DNA of 58,615 nucleotides from Mitosporidium daphniae (lineage: Eukaryota). The notes under the pieces were generated by a model. It did no database searches. It was given only the letters and a program-made list of their open reading frames with translations, and had not been told where the DNA came from. The translations under genes were made by a program, and so were the position numbers. Where the stretch lies: the NCBI RefSeq assembly GCF_000760515.2, contig NW_013546623.1, positions 1 through 58,615 of the forward strand, written 5' to 3'. Below, in pieces: positions 34,088 through 45,534 of this stretch; positions within the stretch are counted from its first letter, which is position 1; each line of letters opens with the position of its first letter.

Positions 34088-35427
34088 TTACGATTGCTGC
34101 GGATCTTTCTTATATCTAGATTGCTTTTCCTGCTTTTCGGACCAATTGTATCCACGTCGAAAGATGTTCCATGAAAACAGCTGCCTTAACACCAAGGAAC
34201 AATCGGAAATTGATTTTAAATCCAATAAATCGTCTTGAATGTCGAAACACACAGGCTCCGATAAATCAAAGCTCTTGCAATTAAAGCTGGAAACATAAAC
34301 AGACTGCTTTCCAGACACCAGAAATACAACGGAGCAACAAGACCCGGATTCTGATTGAAACGATGCAAAGTCAACAACCCAGCCATCAAAATTCAACATC
34401 TTCACCAGCACTGCCGATTTTGCGTTAAAGTCAATATTAATGATGGGGATTGAGGAACAATTTTCAAACAGTAGGCCGAAAATATTGTCAGCGATCATAA
34501 CGATTTTGAGGCAGTTGAAGCTACCCGAGCTTTCCTGGTAGCCTGCGAAAGAAAGCAAATCGGGGATAAATAAGTTGAAGTAAACCTTTGCGTATTGTAT
34601 TTTCTCACTCGAAAGATCGGAGATCAGAAGATATGGGTCACCTCCCACGCTTAACATTACATTGTGCTTTTCGCTCAGATATATCGAAGAAATATATTCA
34701 CTGTGGCCTAATAGATAACATTTGATTACTTCGGGATGTGAAAAGTGAGAGCATTTGATTTTCTGATCCCTTTGGGAAGTATAAATTAAAGCCTGCGACG
34801 AATCCAGAACCTACGATAAGAAAGCATCAAAAGGGTACCTACAATATCGGTAAGGATCGAAATATGCCCCAATAGCAGATGCGGGGACTTGGCCATATTA
34901 AATGGTGGCTCCCCAACATCAACGGTCTTCATTGCAAGCAAAAAGGAATACAGATCGCCAAATTTGTCACCAACAAGTATTCGCTTGTGATCTGGGGTTA
35001 TCAAGACCTTTGTGATCGCTTTAGGAAGCCTGGCACTGAAAAGCAGGCAATTAGCAGGCGCCCTGTTTTCAACAAGATCACGATGCTCATAAACAAAAAC
35101 TCGCTTCAGGGAGTCGGCAACGGCAATCAATATGGTCCCATCAACAGATTGACAGTGTAGTGCTTTTATATAGCAATTCAAGGCGCCCTCCTCTTCGATG
35201 TGGTTATCATCATCATAATCAGAATCTTCATTGCCCTCCTCGGTGTTCACAGTTCGACGGGTGCTTTCAGACTGACCCGCAGAAGCTAAAGCAGATGATC
35301 CAACAGCTGGCAGTTGAAAGGAAGTATTGGATTTGTTTTCCAAGTTGCAAAGAACAATCCGATTGGTAGAGGCAGCGACAACTAGAGAAGATAAAGGAAA
35401 CGATACTAAATGGAGAGGCAACTGCAT
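34088..35427 (-). CDS. TRM82: tRNA m7G46 methyltransferase non-catalytic WD40 subunit
   Basis: LVGDKFGDLY, LLLGHISILTD, TSQRDQKIKC, YLLGHSEYISSI, LSVGGDPYL. Confidence 0.88.
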
Positions 35428-35511
35428 TGTAAAAATTTTACTTTCTTGCTTTGTTGCTTGCTTATTTATTAATTAACTGATTAATTCAACTTTATTTGAA
35501 AATTATTTGAA

Positions 35512-36492
35512 CTAATAGGAGGAATGTTTTCCATTTTCTGACAAGGCCGATGGAGTATATTCTGGAGGAGGATTTGACAGCAGTGACTTGCGTTCATGAA
35601 CCGAATTTTGGGAGTCTTTGGAAATATCAACGATAGGATCTTCATGGGAGCTATTCGATAATTTGGAGACAAGATAATCTCTTTGTCCATTTCCACCGCT
35701 TGCTCCTCTATTCAATCTAGAAGGGCGAAACGCACCTCCATAAAAAGAGGCGTGTTTCCGTAGACGAACAAAATAGTAATAAAAGTAATAGAGCAACCCA
35801 AATGCAGCAAAAATAAGAAATAGGTTAAAGCCGGACGGAAGATTGCTTTCTCCGCCGATGGAAATTACCGGATGCACGGTGCTTCCGATGGACTTGTCGA
35901 TGACTACCTCATCATCCTCGGTGTCTTGATTGTCCTCACCTACGACGGATTTCACCATTTTCGATACCGTGTCATAAATAAATGACATGGAGCTCTTGTC
36001 TTTTAAATCTTCTCTAGAGTCCTCGCAATAGCCATGCTTCTCAAGATCCCCTCCTTTGGGTACGTGGCATACAAGCGGGTGATTTGCCTGTTTTTCATAG
36101 CGAGAAACACACTCTTCAGTGGTACTACACGGTGGAATGCATTTCTTCGAGTATTTGGAACAAATATAAGGACGACGGCATCCAATATCTAATTCACAGA
36201 ACTCAAAAAGATCTGGCTTGGGAACGCAGGCCTCATTAACAACATCACACCAATGATCATATGGACATTCAAAGTCCATAGCAAGGCATTTAGGTGTAAT
36301 CTTGAATGGTTTGGGAGCGCATCTGTTTCCAGAGCAATGGCAATAATCTGGGCAGGGGTCCTTCTCGCCTTCCTTTGGCATCTTACAAGGCCCCATCAGC
36401 CATGGCTTGGTGCACTTGCGATTGTAGCAAACAGAGTTTTTGGAGCAGTCATCATCGTATTGACATGCAAATTTACTTCCCTTGTAGCCCAT
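35512..36492 (-). CDS. Cys-rich single-pass membrane protein with a cytoplasmic PPxY motif
   Basis: N-terminal half has repeated C-x4-C-x5-C-type modules; TM FNLFLIFAAFGLLYYFYYYFV; tail NPPPEY. Confidence 0.7.
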   Translation of the reverse strand: MGYKGSKFACQYDDDCSKNSVCYNRKCTKPWLMGPCKMPKEGEKDPCPDYCHCSGNRCAPKPFKITPKCLAMDFECPYDHWCDVVNEACVPKPDLFEFCELDIGCRRPYICSKYSKKCIPPCSTTEECVSRYEKQANHPLVCHVPKGGDLEKHGYCEDSREDLKDKSSMSFIYDTVSKMVKSVVGEDNQDTEDDEVVIDKSIGSTVHPVISIGGESNLPSGFNLFLIFAAFGLLYYFYYYFVRLRKHASFYGGAFRPSRLNRGASGGNGQRDYLVSKLSNSSHEDPIVDISKDSQNSVHERKSLLSNPPPEYTPSALSENGKHSSY

Positions 36493-36908
36493 TATGAAGT
36501 CTCGCGGTGTTCAAGAATTAAGTGACCTGGTTTTATATAATAGAAAGATTAATATTCGTTCATTACTTTAAACCAATCACAGTTTAAAATTAAATTCGCA
36601 CCAATAACGCACACAAAGATTAGGGTTGGCAATTAAAGAAGATTACATACATACATGCATGCATGCATGCATAGGTTAATTGTATGGCCAACTGTAAATT
36701 TAATCATGGAATTTACAGTAATCGTTTGAGAGGCACGTTATGGGGCTGCAATAAACCCCCCATGGAAAGCCCGTCACTTTGTAGGCAAGTATGATTGAAG
36801 CCATTTATTTAAAAATTACAGTAAAATTAAAAATCGAAGGTTTGGCTCAAATTGGCACGTATCAGGCATTTGGGAGCCAAAGCCATCTCCAAGAATAGAC
36901 ACTAGACA

Positions 36909-37103
36909 TTACATATGGTATGGATCTAGTCTTCTAAACAGTATGGCTGGTATTGGCTTGGGCATTTCCATAAGTATTGGCGGGGTAAACGCCGTAATAA
37001 GATTCTGTTTCCTTCTTTTTTTGACCTGCAATGCAAGGAAAATCGCAAAAACAATGGGGACCATGGTGGCTGTGATTGCCACTATGGCAGTAAAAACGGA
37101 CAT
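36909..37103 (-). CDS. Small single-TM hypothetical protein
   Basis: MSVFTAIVAITATMVPIVFAIFLAL followed by basic KKRRK. Confidence 0.4.
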   Translation of the reverse strand: MSVFTAIVAITATMVPIVFAIFLALQVKKRRKQNLITAFTPPILMEMPKPIPAILFRRLDPYHM

Positions 37104-37287
37104 ATCTTTTAATGAATGTAATTTCCATTTGAGAATAATCCAAATTTCTCTCACACCAATTGGCCAGAGTCATTCACCAATGGTTTCTATTGGGGATTAA
37201 ACTTCGTGATTATTTCCAATTTACACTAAGTAATGCGAAAAGTCCGCTGATGTTGGGCACAGAAGTTGTAAATATTAATTTTCACAT

Positions 37288-38354
37288 ATGGCCCGTAATG
37301 GAAAAGATCCCCACGACCAAGTTCCGAAGAAAAAGTCACCCTGGACGCATTTAATAGCTGGGGGCGGGGCTGGTCTTCTAGAGTCATGCACCTGCCATCC
37401 ATTAGATACCATTAAAGTTAGAATGCAGTTACGTGGAGAGATCCTCTCGAAACAATCAGTATGGGCTGGACTATGGTAATTACTAGAAATTAGGCCCTTT
37501 TGGTACGTTTATTTCTATTGTTCGGGGCGAGGGTCCACTTGCTCTATATAAGGGGCTGTTTCCTGTTGTTTCTGCTATCGTTCCAAAAATGGCCATCAGG
37601 TTCACTTCTTTTGAGGCGTTTAAAGATGCCCTGGGCACGCCCTCGGCACAAAAAACATTTCTTGGTAAGCAATTGTGTGGCCATTATCTTTTTAGCGGGG
37701 CTTGGAGCTGGGATTGTGGAAAGCGTTGTTGTAATGAATCCCATGGAGGTGGTAAAAATCAGGTTACAAGCGCAGAGGCATGGAGAGCATCGCTACCGCT
37801 CTGCAAGTCATGCTGCAATAACCATCCTTCGAGAGGAGGGTGTTGGCGCCTTTTACAGGGGAGTAACTTTGACTGCCGCAAGACAGGGTATCCCAATAGG
37901 TGTAATATCTTAAATGATAGCAACCAACCAGGCGGTAAACTTTACCCTCTACCAGGAGCTCAAAATGCTGCTTCAGTCGTTTCAAGATATCAAAGAGCTG
38001 CCATCTTGGCAGCATCTGCTGGCCGGCGGAATATCAGGCGCGATCGCTCCGTGCATAAACGCGCCGATCGATATTTTAAAAACAAGGGTTCAAAGGCAGG
38101 CCACGACGACCAGTGGATCAGGGTTTTCCCTGATCAGAAAAGTTGCGTCTTCTGTTTATAAATCAGAGGGATTGTTGGGATTCTACAGCGGACTGACACC
38201 AAGGCTTCTCAGAATCGCACCGGGCCAGGCCATCACATTCATGGTTTATGAAAAAATACAGAAATTTATCGAAATTTACTCACCACAATACCCAAGCTTT
38301 GTCACCATTGGTGCGGTTGAGGAAGTTTCTACTTCCGACGGCAAACTAGAATAA
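37288..38354 (+). CDS. SFC1: Mitochondrial carrier, succinate/fumarate (SFC1/ACR1) or citrate type, spliced
   Basis: Three PX(D/E)XXKXRXQ signatures (HPLDTIKVRMQ, NPMEVVKIRLQ, APIDILKTRVQ); PKMAIRFTSFE; RQATNQAVNFT. Confidence 0.85.
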
Positions 38355-38438
38355 ACACCCGGATCGTCGTTCACTTGAACTTCATTGATTGCTGAAAATT
38401 GATTTTAAAAACTTCACAGGCTAAATTTTAATCTCCAA

Positions 38439-39815
38439 ATGTCGATCCACTTGGCAAAAAGCTTTCGTCTTCCTTCGGTGCAACACATCTCCGTACATTG
38501 CTGGAGCCCGGATGGCTTGCTGCTGGCCCTTTCTCCAAACAGCAATGAACTCATGATTTTCCAACAGCTGTCCTCTGGATCGTGGAGCCTCCTCCATTCG
38601 CTTGCTATACATACGCAGAAAATCACCGGTTTAGATTGGTCATCGATTGCTGCACCAAATGGCGATGTCATCCATCGGATTGTCTCGTGCAGCGAAGATA
38701 GAAATGCGTACGTTTGGACCTTCCCATCCTCAAACTTAAATTCTATCAAGTACGAATTGGTGATCTTGAAAATCGAAGCAGGAGCAACCATAGTCCGCTG
38801 GTCCCCTTCTGGAATGAAGTTTGCCATAGGAAGCGTGTCATCAAAAACACCGCTTTCAATATGCCATTATGATGCCGATGCTCGCTGGTGGACGTCTCGC
38901 CCCATTGCTACGGAGGATGTCAATGGCTTAGATTCTGGGATTTTGGCATTGTGTTGGCATCCTTCCAGTGTTTTGATTTCTATCGGCACGATTAGCTCAG
39001 CAATTTTTGTTCTCTCTGCCTTTGTAAAGGGAATAGATTCAAAGTATGTCCTGTTTTCACTCACCATATCCCAAGGCCCGATGATTGTGAGAAATGGGGC
39101 GACCGATTTCCCTTTGGAACCGTGTGCTTGGCACTTGGAAAGGACAAAAAAGCGCCCCCTAGATGGATAAACGCCATGGCATTTTCTCCAGATGGGAACC
39201 AAGTTGCCGTCACAGGTTAGTTAGTCTTTATTTGTTCGTAGAATCGCCATCGGCAGCTATTCGCATTGTATCTGCAGCATCGACAAGCTCGACCATACTG
39301 CAAGCCCCTGATTCGCTGCCGCTTCTTTCCCTGCTGTGGGTAGACCCTTCGTTGATTATAGCAGCTGGATTTAGCGGAAGACAATGCTGTTATTCTAAAG
39401 ACTCCAATGGCTCATGGTTTGTAGTAATTGCTAATGGTGCAGGTTTATAGCCTTTGAGGATCAGCGATTAGCGCCCTCCACTGGCGAAGCGAAAAAGAAG
39501 AGCTCATCATCCTTGGCTTTCAGTAAATTCAAATCGCTGGTGCTTACGGGCCAGAAATTCAAAGATGGTGACGAGGAAGATGGCGTGGCACTTGAGGACT
39601 CCTCCGGTAATTATCCTAAATCAACGATCAGGTTTGTCAATAGCAATTTCCTCCCTTATAGTGAGTTGCGATCTACCGATGTAGCATCCAAGATGCAATT
39701 CTCCTCGTCTTCGTTTGACGGGATTTTGTCTCTATGGAATATACAGGAATCGGCAAATATGACAGCAAAACAAATAGCCGTGTCGAAGGAGGATCTTTCC
39801 CAGCTGAAGCTTTAA
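38439..39815 (+). CDS. ARC40: Arp2/3 complex subunit ARPC1 (WD40), spliced
   Basis: HCWSPD...LALSPNSNE, ITGLDW, RIVSCSEDRNAYVW, VRWSPSGMKFAIGS, ICHYD...WWTSRPI, FSSSSFDG. Confidence 0.9.
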
Positions 39816-40069
39816 ATATAAAACTATTAGAAGACGTAAATAACCCCTAGCCTTGCGAGGCAAAAGTTGCCAACTTTGCATACAAACCAAACATAGTCAA
39901 AGTGTACTGCATTCAAAACACACAAGGGACCTGCACATTTGCAATACCCCAATCTCCTAGTGTGGATGCATTTGCAGGATTATTGATCAACCGTTGTCGC
40001 AGATGATTAAAATTTAATTAACAATTTCCCTATTTATCAATTTGCAGGAAATTGTCATATTAGTTACAG

Positions 40070-40461
40070 CTAAAGAGATGCAAACTCGCCAGAAGCTATT
40101 GGTTCGCTTTTGACAATCTCTGGATTGCTTCTGTAAGCATTATTGCGTTCTGTTGCATCTCTAGCAGTAGCACTGTTTGAATGGGAATTAGAGGACTGTG
40201 GAGACGTGAAGCTCGAAAACGGTCTAAGCTTCTTCCAGGTGGAAAGAATCACCGCAAACGCAATCGTTGCAAATATTGACAGAATTATAATTGCAGCCCA
40301 GTACTGCAAGATTGTTGAATCATCTTTTAGCGGTGTTTCCTCAATTTGAGATTCGGCTGTGGGGGGTTCTATTGATGAGCTGTAATTTTTTTACCTTTCA
40401 CGCCATATGAAGGAGTCTGCCCATCTTCATCCGCTTTAAATGAGGCCAGATGCTTAGGCAT
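40070..40461 (-). CDS. Small single-TM hypothetical protein (2 predicted exons)
   Basis: A 26-nt GTAAA..ATAG intron joins MPKH...GVK to EPPTAESQ...YWAAIIILSIFATIAFAVILS in frame; start uncertain. Confidence 0.4.
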
Positions 40462-40612
40462 GCGAAGAAGAAGAACTTCTATAAAAAATCGCGTTGCTAT
40501 GGGCGAGAATCTAAACCATTTTTGATCAGCCAATGAAAAGTTCATCTTTGAATTTCGGTTTCACGCTTGTTTTGTAAATTTTGGTTAAAGCAAAATGAAA
40601 CGTTCTTGAACC

Positions 40613-42424
40613 ATGAATTTGCTCCCATCATCTATGGAAGTGATTGATCAACTCTTTTTAAATTCTTTTCAAAATCGATTGGATTCAGATCCCCATCAAG
40701 TTGCGGGGAGAAATGCAGAGATATCTCCTGATGCTAAGCAAAGTGGCTGCCCAAATGCAGCATCTATTTCAAAGTCGACCGGAATAGATTGGAGCGATTC
40801 TTTGCGTAGCAGATTTGAATGGTCCCCAGCAAGCACAAATGCTAGCAAAAATAATTTATTTCCACCTGCTGATGATTGGTCTGAAGATTTAAAATGCACC
40901 AATGGAAGCCTCTCGTTTAATTTTCTTCATTTACAAAACAGTAAAGACTCTACTGCTTCATTAATATTTTTGGAGAACGTTCTTAAAGAAGAGATGATGA
41001 TTTCTACTTCAGCTGCTTCCATTCCAGCCGTACAAACTAATCAGCGCGCCCTTCCAAGAATTGTGAGAAAAGCATCTGCATTCGATTTGGCGCTTCCCAT
41101 ACACCCGCTTTCTGAACCGGCTTTCGCCTCCACTTCCCCGCCAAAAGAGTCATTTCTTCCTTCAATAATGGGGTTCAGAGACCACAATAATCCCAATCAT
41201 AATATCAATTTTACTCACCCACACGTTCCACCTTTGAATCTCCTCTTTGCGAACAAGAATAATCCTGGCGGATATCATCATCATCATATGATGTCAGATT
41301 CCTATTCTGCCACGCTGGGCCCCTTTTGCTCCTCTCCAAAAAGCCCTGAAATTGACCCAGGCGGCCACTTAACTGCTGGGACGCTTCGGCATTGCTTGTC
41401 ACCAGACTCACTTGGCATCCATCCCTTTCTTGAGGATATTGACTTTGATGAGGAGGACAATAATTCCCGCAACCACCGCTCTCATTTAGCTAGTGAGAAT
41501 AGTGAACCACATTTATTTGAGGGAGACGGCTTTTCCTCGCATGCTAAAGCTCGAGATGCCGTTGCTGCAGCTTGGTCTTCCCTTTTGGAGGGAACAATTA
41601 TTGGAAATGTTCGATCCTCAATCCCCAAAAAAGATGCTATGAAACCTTCGCCGTTCCCATCTCTTGAGACTATCAAAAATTCTCTTTCGATTATTCAGAC
41701 GTCTTTGCCAGTAAAAAGATCCATTCCTCTTCCAACGGAGAAGTTTCTCCTCGTATCTTTCAAAAATGGTCGTTCAGAGATTTTTCTGCGGCCAGAAAAC
41801 CAAGAAGATCTCTCTTTAACCCTTTTGGACTACGTTATGGTTGAAGGTGATCGTGGCGAGGATCTGGGCATCGTTTCTGGGGCTGTCGGACAATCATGGG
41901 TCCATTCGGTTATTTCCCGCTGGAACACCTCTATTGTGGGCTCATCGCCCATTAGATTCTCAATATCTGATGAAGAACTTAGCTCTCGGGATGAGATTTT
42001 TGCTCCCTGGCCTACTGTTGCCTCGATTACCATTACGACTGCGACTTCGGGAAACGGCGACCACCAGCCCACCAATTCTGGTCTCTACTTTGCTAATTTG
42101 AAAGACCTGATGGGCAAGCGCCATGTTCTTCGTACCGCAACGCCAGAAGAGATCAAAAGCTGGAGATCACAGAGGCAAGAAGAGTCTCTGGCTGTTCTCC
42201 GATGTGCAGTGGTCGTTCGTTCTCATCGTCTTCCAATGACGATCGTGGATGCAGAATATCAGCATGACCGCGCCAAACTGACATTCTACTACGTTAGTTC
42301 CTCTGGGCGTGTTGATTTCAGAGAGATGGTTAGAGACCTTTTTAGAATTTACAAGGCGAGAATATGGATGTGTTCTGTGGGCCCGGACTCAACTGTCCCT
42401 GCCTCGGAAGAACTGAATCCATGA
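40613..42424 (+). CDS. PSP1 C-terminal domain protein
   Basis: VMVEGDRGEDLGIV and LPMTIVDAEYQHDRAKLTFYY...RVDFREMVRDLFRIYKARIWM after a long disordered N-terminus. Confidence 0.88.
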   Translation: MNLLPSSMEVIDQLFLNSFQNRLDSDPHQVAGRNAEISPDAKQSGCPNAASISKSTGIDWSDSLRSRFEWSPASTNASKNNLFPPADDWSEDLKCTNGSLSFNFLHLQNSKDSTASLIFLENVLKEEMMISTSAASIPAVQTNQRALPRIVRKASAFDLALPIHPLSEPAFASTSPPKESFLPSIMGFRDHNNPNHNINFTHPHVPPLNLLFANKNNPGGYHHHHMMSDSYSATLGPFCSSPKSPEIDPGGHLTAGTLRHCLSPDSLGIHPFLEDIDFDEEDNNSRNHRSHLASENSEPHLFEGDGFSSHAKARDAVAAAWSSLLEGTIIGNVRSSIPKKDAMKPSPFPSLETIKNSLSIIQTSLPVKRSIPLPTEKFLLVSFKNGRSEIFLRPENQEDLSLTLLDYVMVEGDRGEDLGIVSGAVGQSWVHSVISRWNTSIVGSSPIRFSISDEELSSRDEIFAPWPTVASITITTATSGNGDHQPTNSGLYFANLKDLMGKRHVLRTATPEEIKSWRSQRQEESLAVLRCAVVVRSHRLPMTIVDAEYQHDRAKLTFYYVSSSGRVDFREMVRDLFRIYKARIWMCSVGPDSTVPASEELNP

Positions 42425-42584
42425 CGCGAAATAGAGCAAACCACGGATTAAATTATTCATGGAGACAATACTGCACTGTCTATCTAGTGCACTAAAAGGA
42501 AATTTATTAAATAATTAAATAACATCTGAAGCAATTGGTCTTTTGCATCGTACATACTTGAACCAAGTGTCAGGCTTCAAGTAT

Positions 42585-43122
42585 TTAGTTTTCACATTCT
42601 GAATCGCTGTAATCCTGCGGATCGGTAGATAAGGAAGACCCTGAATCACTGCAGTCCTGCGGATCGGCAGAAGAATCGGATTCTGGCTCACTGAGCTGGC
42701 TTTGATTTTGGCCACAATCGGGGCTCAAAATGGCTTCAGAAGGCGAGTCGCTTGCGCTTGCGCTTGCGCCTGTGCTTGTGCCTTGGCTTTCAGAGGGAAG
42801 CAAAGTTAGGCATTTTTCGCAACAGCCACTTGCATGGGCACAGTTTTTACATATCACATGATACGATTCCTTTACGGTCTTATCACCACACTTTACGCTA
42901 CATGAATTAGTCAAATTTGGGGTACCATTTGCGCGGACCGGAAAGAAGCTTGAACTTTCCAAACTGCTTCCTCCAGAGTATTTTTTGCTCGCAAGGGGGG
43001 CATAATCCTCTTACGGGCATTTTTTGAATCTTTTTTGAAGGTTCTCTAAGCTTAAAAGCGTATCTATTTTGGTATTTCTGGCTCTGCTTGGGTCGGGAAC
43101 TTAGAGAAACCTTGGAACACAT
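42585..43122 (-). CDS. DUF2039/C9orf85-like Cys-rich protein (2 exons)
   Basis: QKYQNRYAFK, GLCPPCEQKILWRKQFGKFKLL, CSVKCG...YHVICKNCA...CCEKC; acidic tail with a DPQD(C/Y)SDS duplication. Confidence 0.8.
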
Positions 43123-43272
43123 TTGAAATTATTTAATAAAACAAATTAAATTTTTTAATTTACAAATTAATTGGTTGAAAAGGTGAGTAAACGGTTCTCT
43201 CTCCCAACCCAGTTCTATTTCATCCATCCTTATTCGATATTACTTTGTTGATTTTCCGCTAATATTGTAGAG

Positions 43273-43890
43273 ATGGGTGCATACNAATANATGGAAGAGT
43301 TGGCAAAGAAGAAGCAGTCTGATGTGATGCGCTTCATTCTTCGCGTCCGCTGCTGGCAATATCGTCAGTTGAACGCCATCCATCGCGCCTCGAGGCCTTC
43401 TCGCCCAGACAAGGCACGCCGCATTGGTTACAAGGCAAAGCAGGGAATGGTCATTTATCGCATCCGCATTCGCCGCGGAGGCCGCAAGAGACCAAACCCA
43501 AAAGGTATTGTGTATGGAAAGCCTGCCGGACACGGTATCAACCAGCTAAAGCCCTCTCGCTCCATCCAAACACTTGCGGAAGAGCGCGTTGGTCGTCGTT
43601 GCCCGAATCTCCGCGTCCTGAACTCCTACTGGGTCAATCAAGACGCCACGTTTAAATATTTTGAGGTTATCTTGGTCGATCCAAGCCACAAGGCAATCCG
43701 CAGAGACCCCAGAATGAACTGGATTTGCCGCCCCGTCATGAAGCACCGTGAATGCCGTGGACTGACTTCCTCTGGACGTAAAGGAAGAGGCATGGTTGGA
43801 AAGGGTCATGGGTTCAATAAGATGATTGGAGGCTCGCGAACTCACAATTGGAAGCGTCGTAATACGCTCTCTTTACGCAGATATCGTTAA
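43273..43890 (+). CDS. RPL15: 60S ribosomal protein L15 (eL15)
   Basis: [19 protein letters not shown]...[15 protein letters not shown]...[25 protein letters not shown]; two N bases near the start. Confidence 0.97.
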   Translation: MGAYXXMEELAKKKQSDVMRFILRVRCWQYRQLNAIHRASRPSRPDKARRIGYKAKQGMVIYRIRIRRGGRKRPNPKGIVYGKPAGHGINQLKPSRSIQTLAEERVGRRCPNLRVLNSYWVNQDATFKYFEVILVDPSHKAIRRDPRMNWICRPVMKHRECRGLTSSGRKGRGMVGKGHGFNKMIGGSRTHNWKRRNTLSLRRYR

Positions 43891-44036
43891 AGGGAGGGGG
43901 GGTTATTCAATACACATTGGAATCTTTTAAACGCCTATTTTAATTTATTTGTAAATTCGATTTTCGTATTTAATTTTTATGTCCCATTGGTTGTCTCTTC
44001 ATATCCTTGGTAACAGTGGCTCCAGTTTTTCCTGTC

Positions 44037-45401
44037 ATGGGCAGCCTTTCCTGGGACTCGGATAGGTACTCTTTCCCTCTTATATATAGAATTCTATCTA
44101 GAAGTGCTCCACGATGGCAATCAAGACAAGGGAACTGGGATGTGGCGAGACAACTGGATGACACATCTATTATGGCTGCTTCTTCTTCTTCCTTCAACAC
44201 ACTTCTGAGGATGGAGCTTGGTGCAACGGGTTCCTCTTCCAATGTCACCCAAAATTCGGTTGGATTAACGCAAGTTGTGCAACGGCTACTGCAGCCTCAC
44301 AGACTTGGGCGGATGGTGAACATTCATCCAATCAAGATACTAGAAGCCCCGGGCCTTCTGGACGATTTTTACCTGAACCTCATTGATTGGGCACCACATG
44401 GAGGGCCTATTGCTGTTGCACTTGGAAAATCAATTGTCTTCATTGAGCGTGTGCTCGGGAAGCGTTCCCGTACCTTTCGCTTTTCCACAGCAAGCGACGG
44501 GATCACTTGCATTAAGCACGCACCAGCCTCTAATGCACTGGCTACTGGCCTTTCTTCTGGGAGCTTTTTGTTCTGGGATCGAACGCAGGGCGTGCCTTTT
44601 TTTTCGCTTCCTCATATCCACGCTGGGCGCATTGGAGCAATCTCTTGGCGTAACGCCAATATTCTTAGCGTCGGGGGCAGGGACAGAAAGATCCAACACA
44701 TTGACATAAGGACGGCAAAATCGTGTTTTAATGGTGTCGCATCTGCACATTCGCACTCACAGGAGATATGCGGGCTTGCCTGGGACCCCAGCGGCATGTT
44801 ACTTGCCTCTGGTGGAAATGATAACCGGCTTCTAATTTGGGACGCGCGGCAGATGGGCGCAGAGCCACTTGTAGAATACACAGATCATTTGGCTGCGGTG
44901 AAGGCTATTGCCTGGAGCCCTTCTTTGCGCAATGTGCTCGTTTCTGGAGGTGGGACCCTGGACCGTCGGCTTGTTTTACGCGACATTTCGGCTGCCCCTA
45001 TCATTGTCTCTGCTATGGATACCGGCTCTCAGGTATTGAAGACCACTTTCTTATCATCATAGGTGTGCAATGTACAATGGAGCCCCGACAGCCACTCCTT
45101 AGAACTTATCACTTCTCATGGATACACACAAAATCAATTGGTGCTTTGGCGCGTGTCGCCCCAGTTCGCCGTAGAGCGCAATGAGCCAAAAACCACGATA
45201 ACCAGTGCATGCTGGGGTATTAATACGCCTTTGCCTCCAGGGGCGCGGCTGACACCTCTTGTCCACTTTGAGCCCTCGAGCGAGCGAATCGTACACATGG
45301 CAGCCGACCCGGCCGGCGAGCATGTGATTACGGGTGCTGGAGACCACACTCTCAAGCTGTGGAGCGTTTTTCGGCCGCAAAACCACCAGAAACCTGACTA
45401 G
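44037..45401 (+). CDS. Second Cdc20/Cdh1 (Fizzy-related) WD40 protein, spliced
   Basis: KILEAPGLLDDFYLNLIDW, HSQEICGLAW, LASGGNDN, HLAAVKAIAWSP, SGGGTLDR, DTGSQ|VCNVQWS, ELITSHGYTQNQL; start uncertain. Confidence 0.88.
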
Positions 45402-45534
45402 CCGAAGCACTGCGCTAAAATGGATGGGCTCTTCAAAGCAATCTCGTGCCGCCAATTCAAAACGTTAATACATGTGCTTTTAATTTGCAAATTTAATACA
45501 GCAACCAAGGCACTTGGCTTGGTTAGGTTTTCGT

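Noticed and set aside
36644..36673. (TACA)n(TGCA)n microsatellite/palindrome
   Set aside because: Short simple repeat; a similar tract occurs near 53627-53648; no evidence of function.
36740..36772. RNase MRP-like words ATGGGGCT and GGAAAGCCC
   Set aside because: Wrong order and too close for a P4 helix; only a local ATGGGG/CCCCAT hairpin.
37848..37856. U5 snRNA loop-1 sequence GCCTTTTAC
   Set aside because: Lies within the carrier CDS (GAFY) with no flanking stem or Sm site.
43285..43290. X residues in RPL15
   Set aside because: Ambiguous base calls (n); the frame is preserved, so not a pseudogene or recoding signal.
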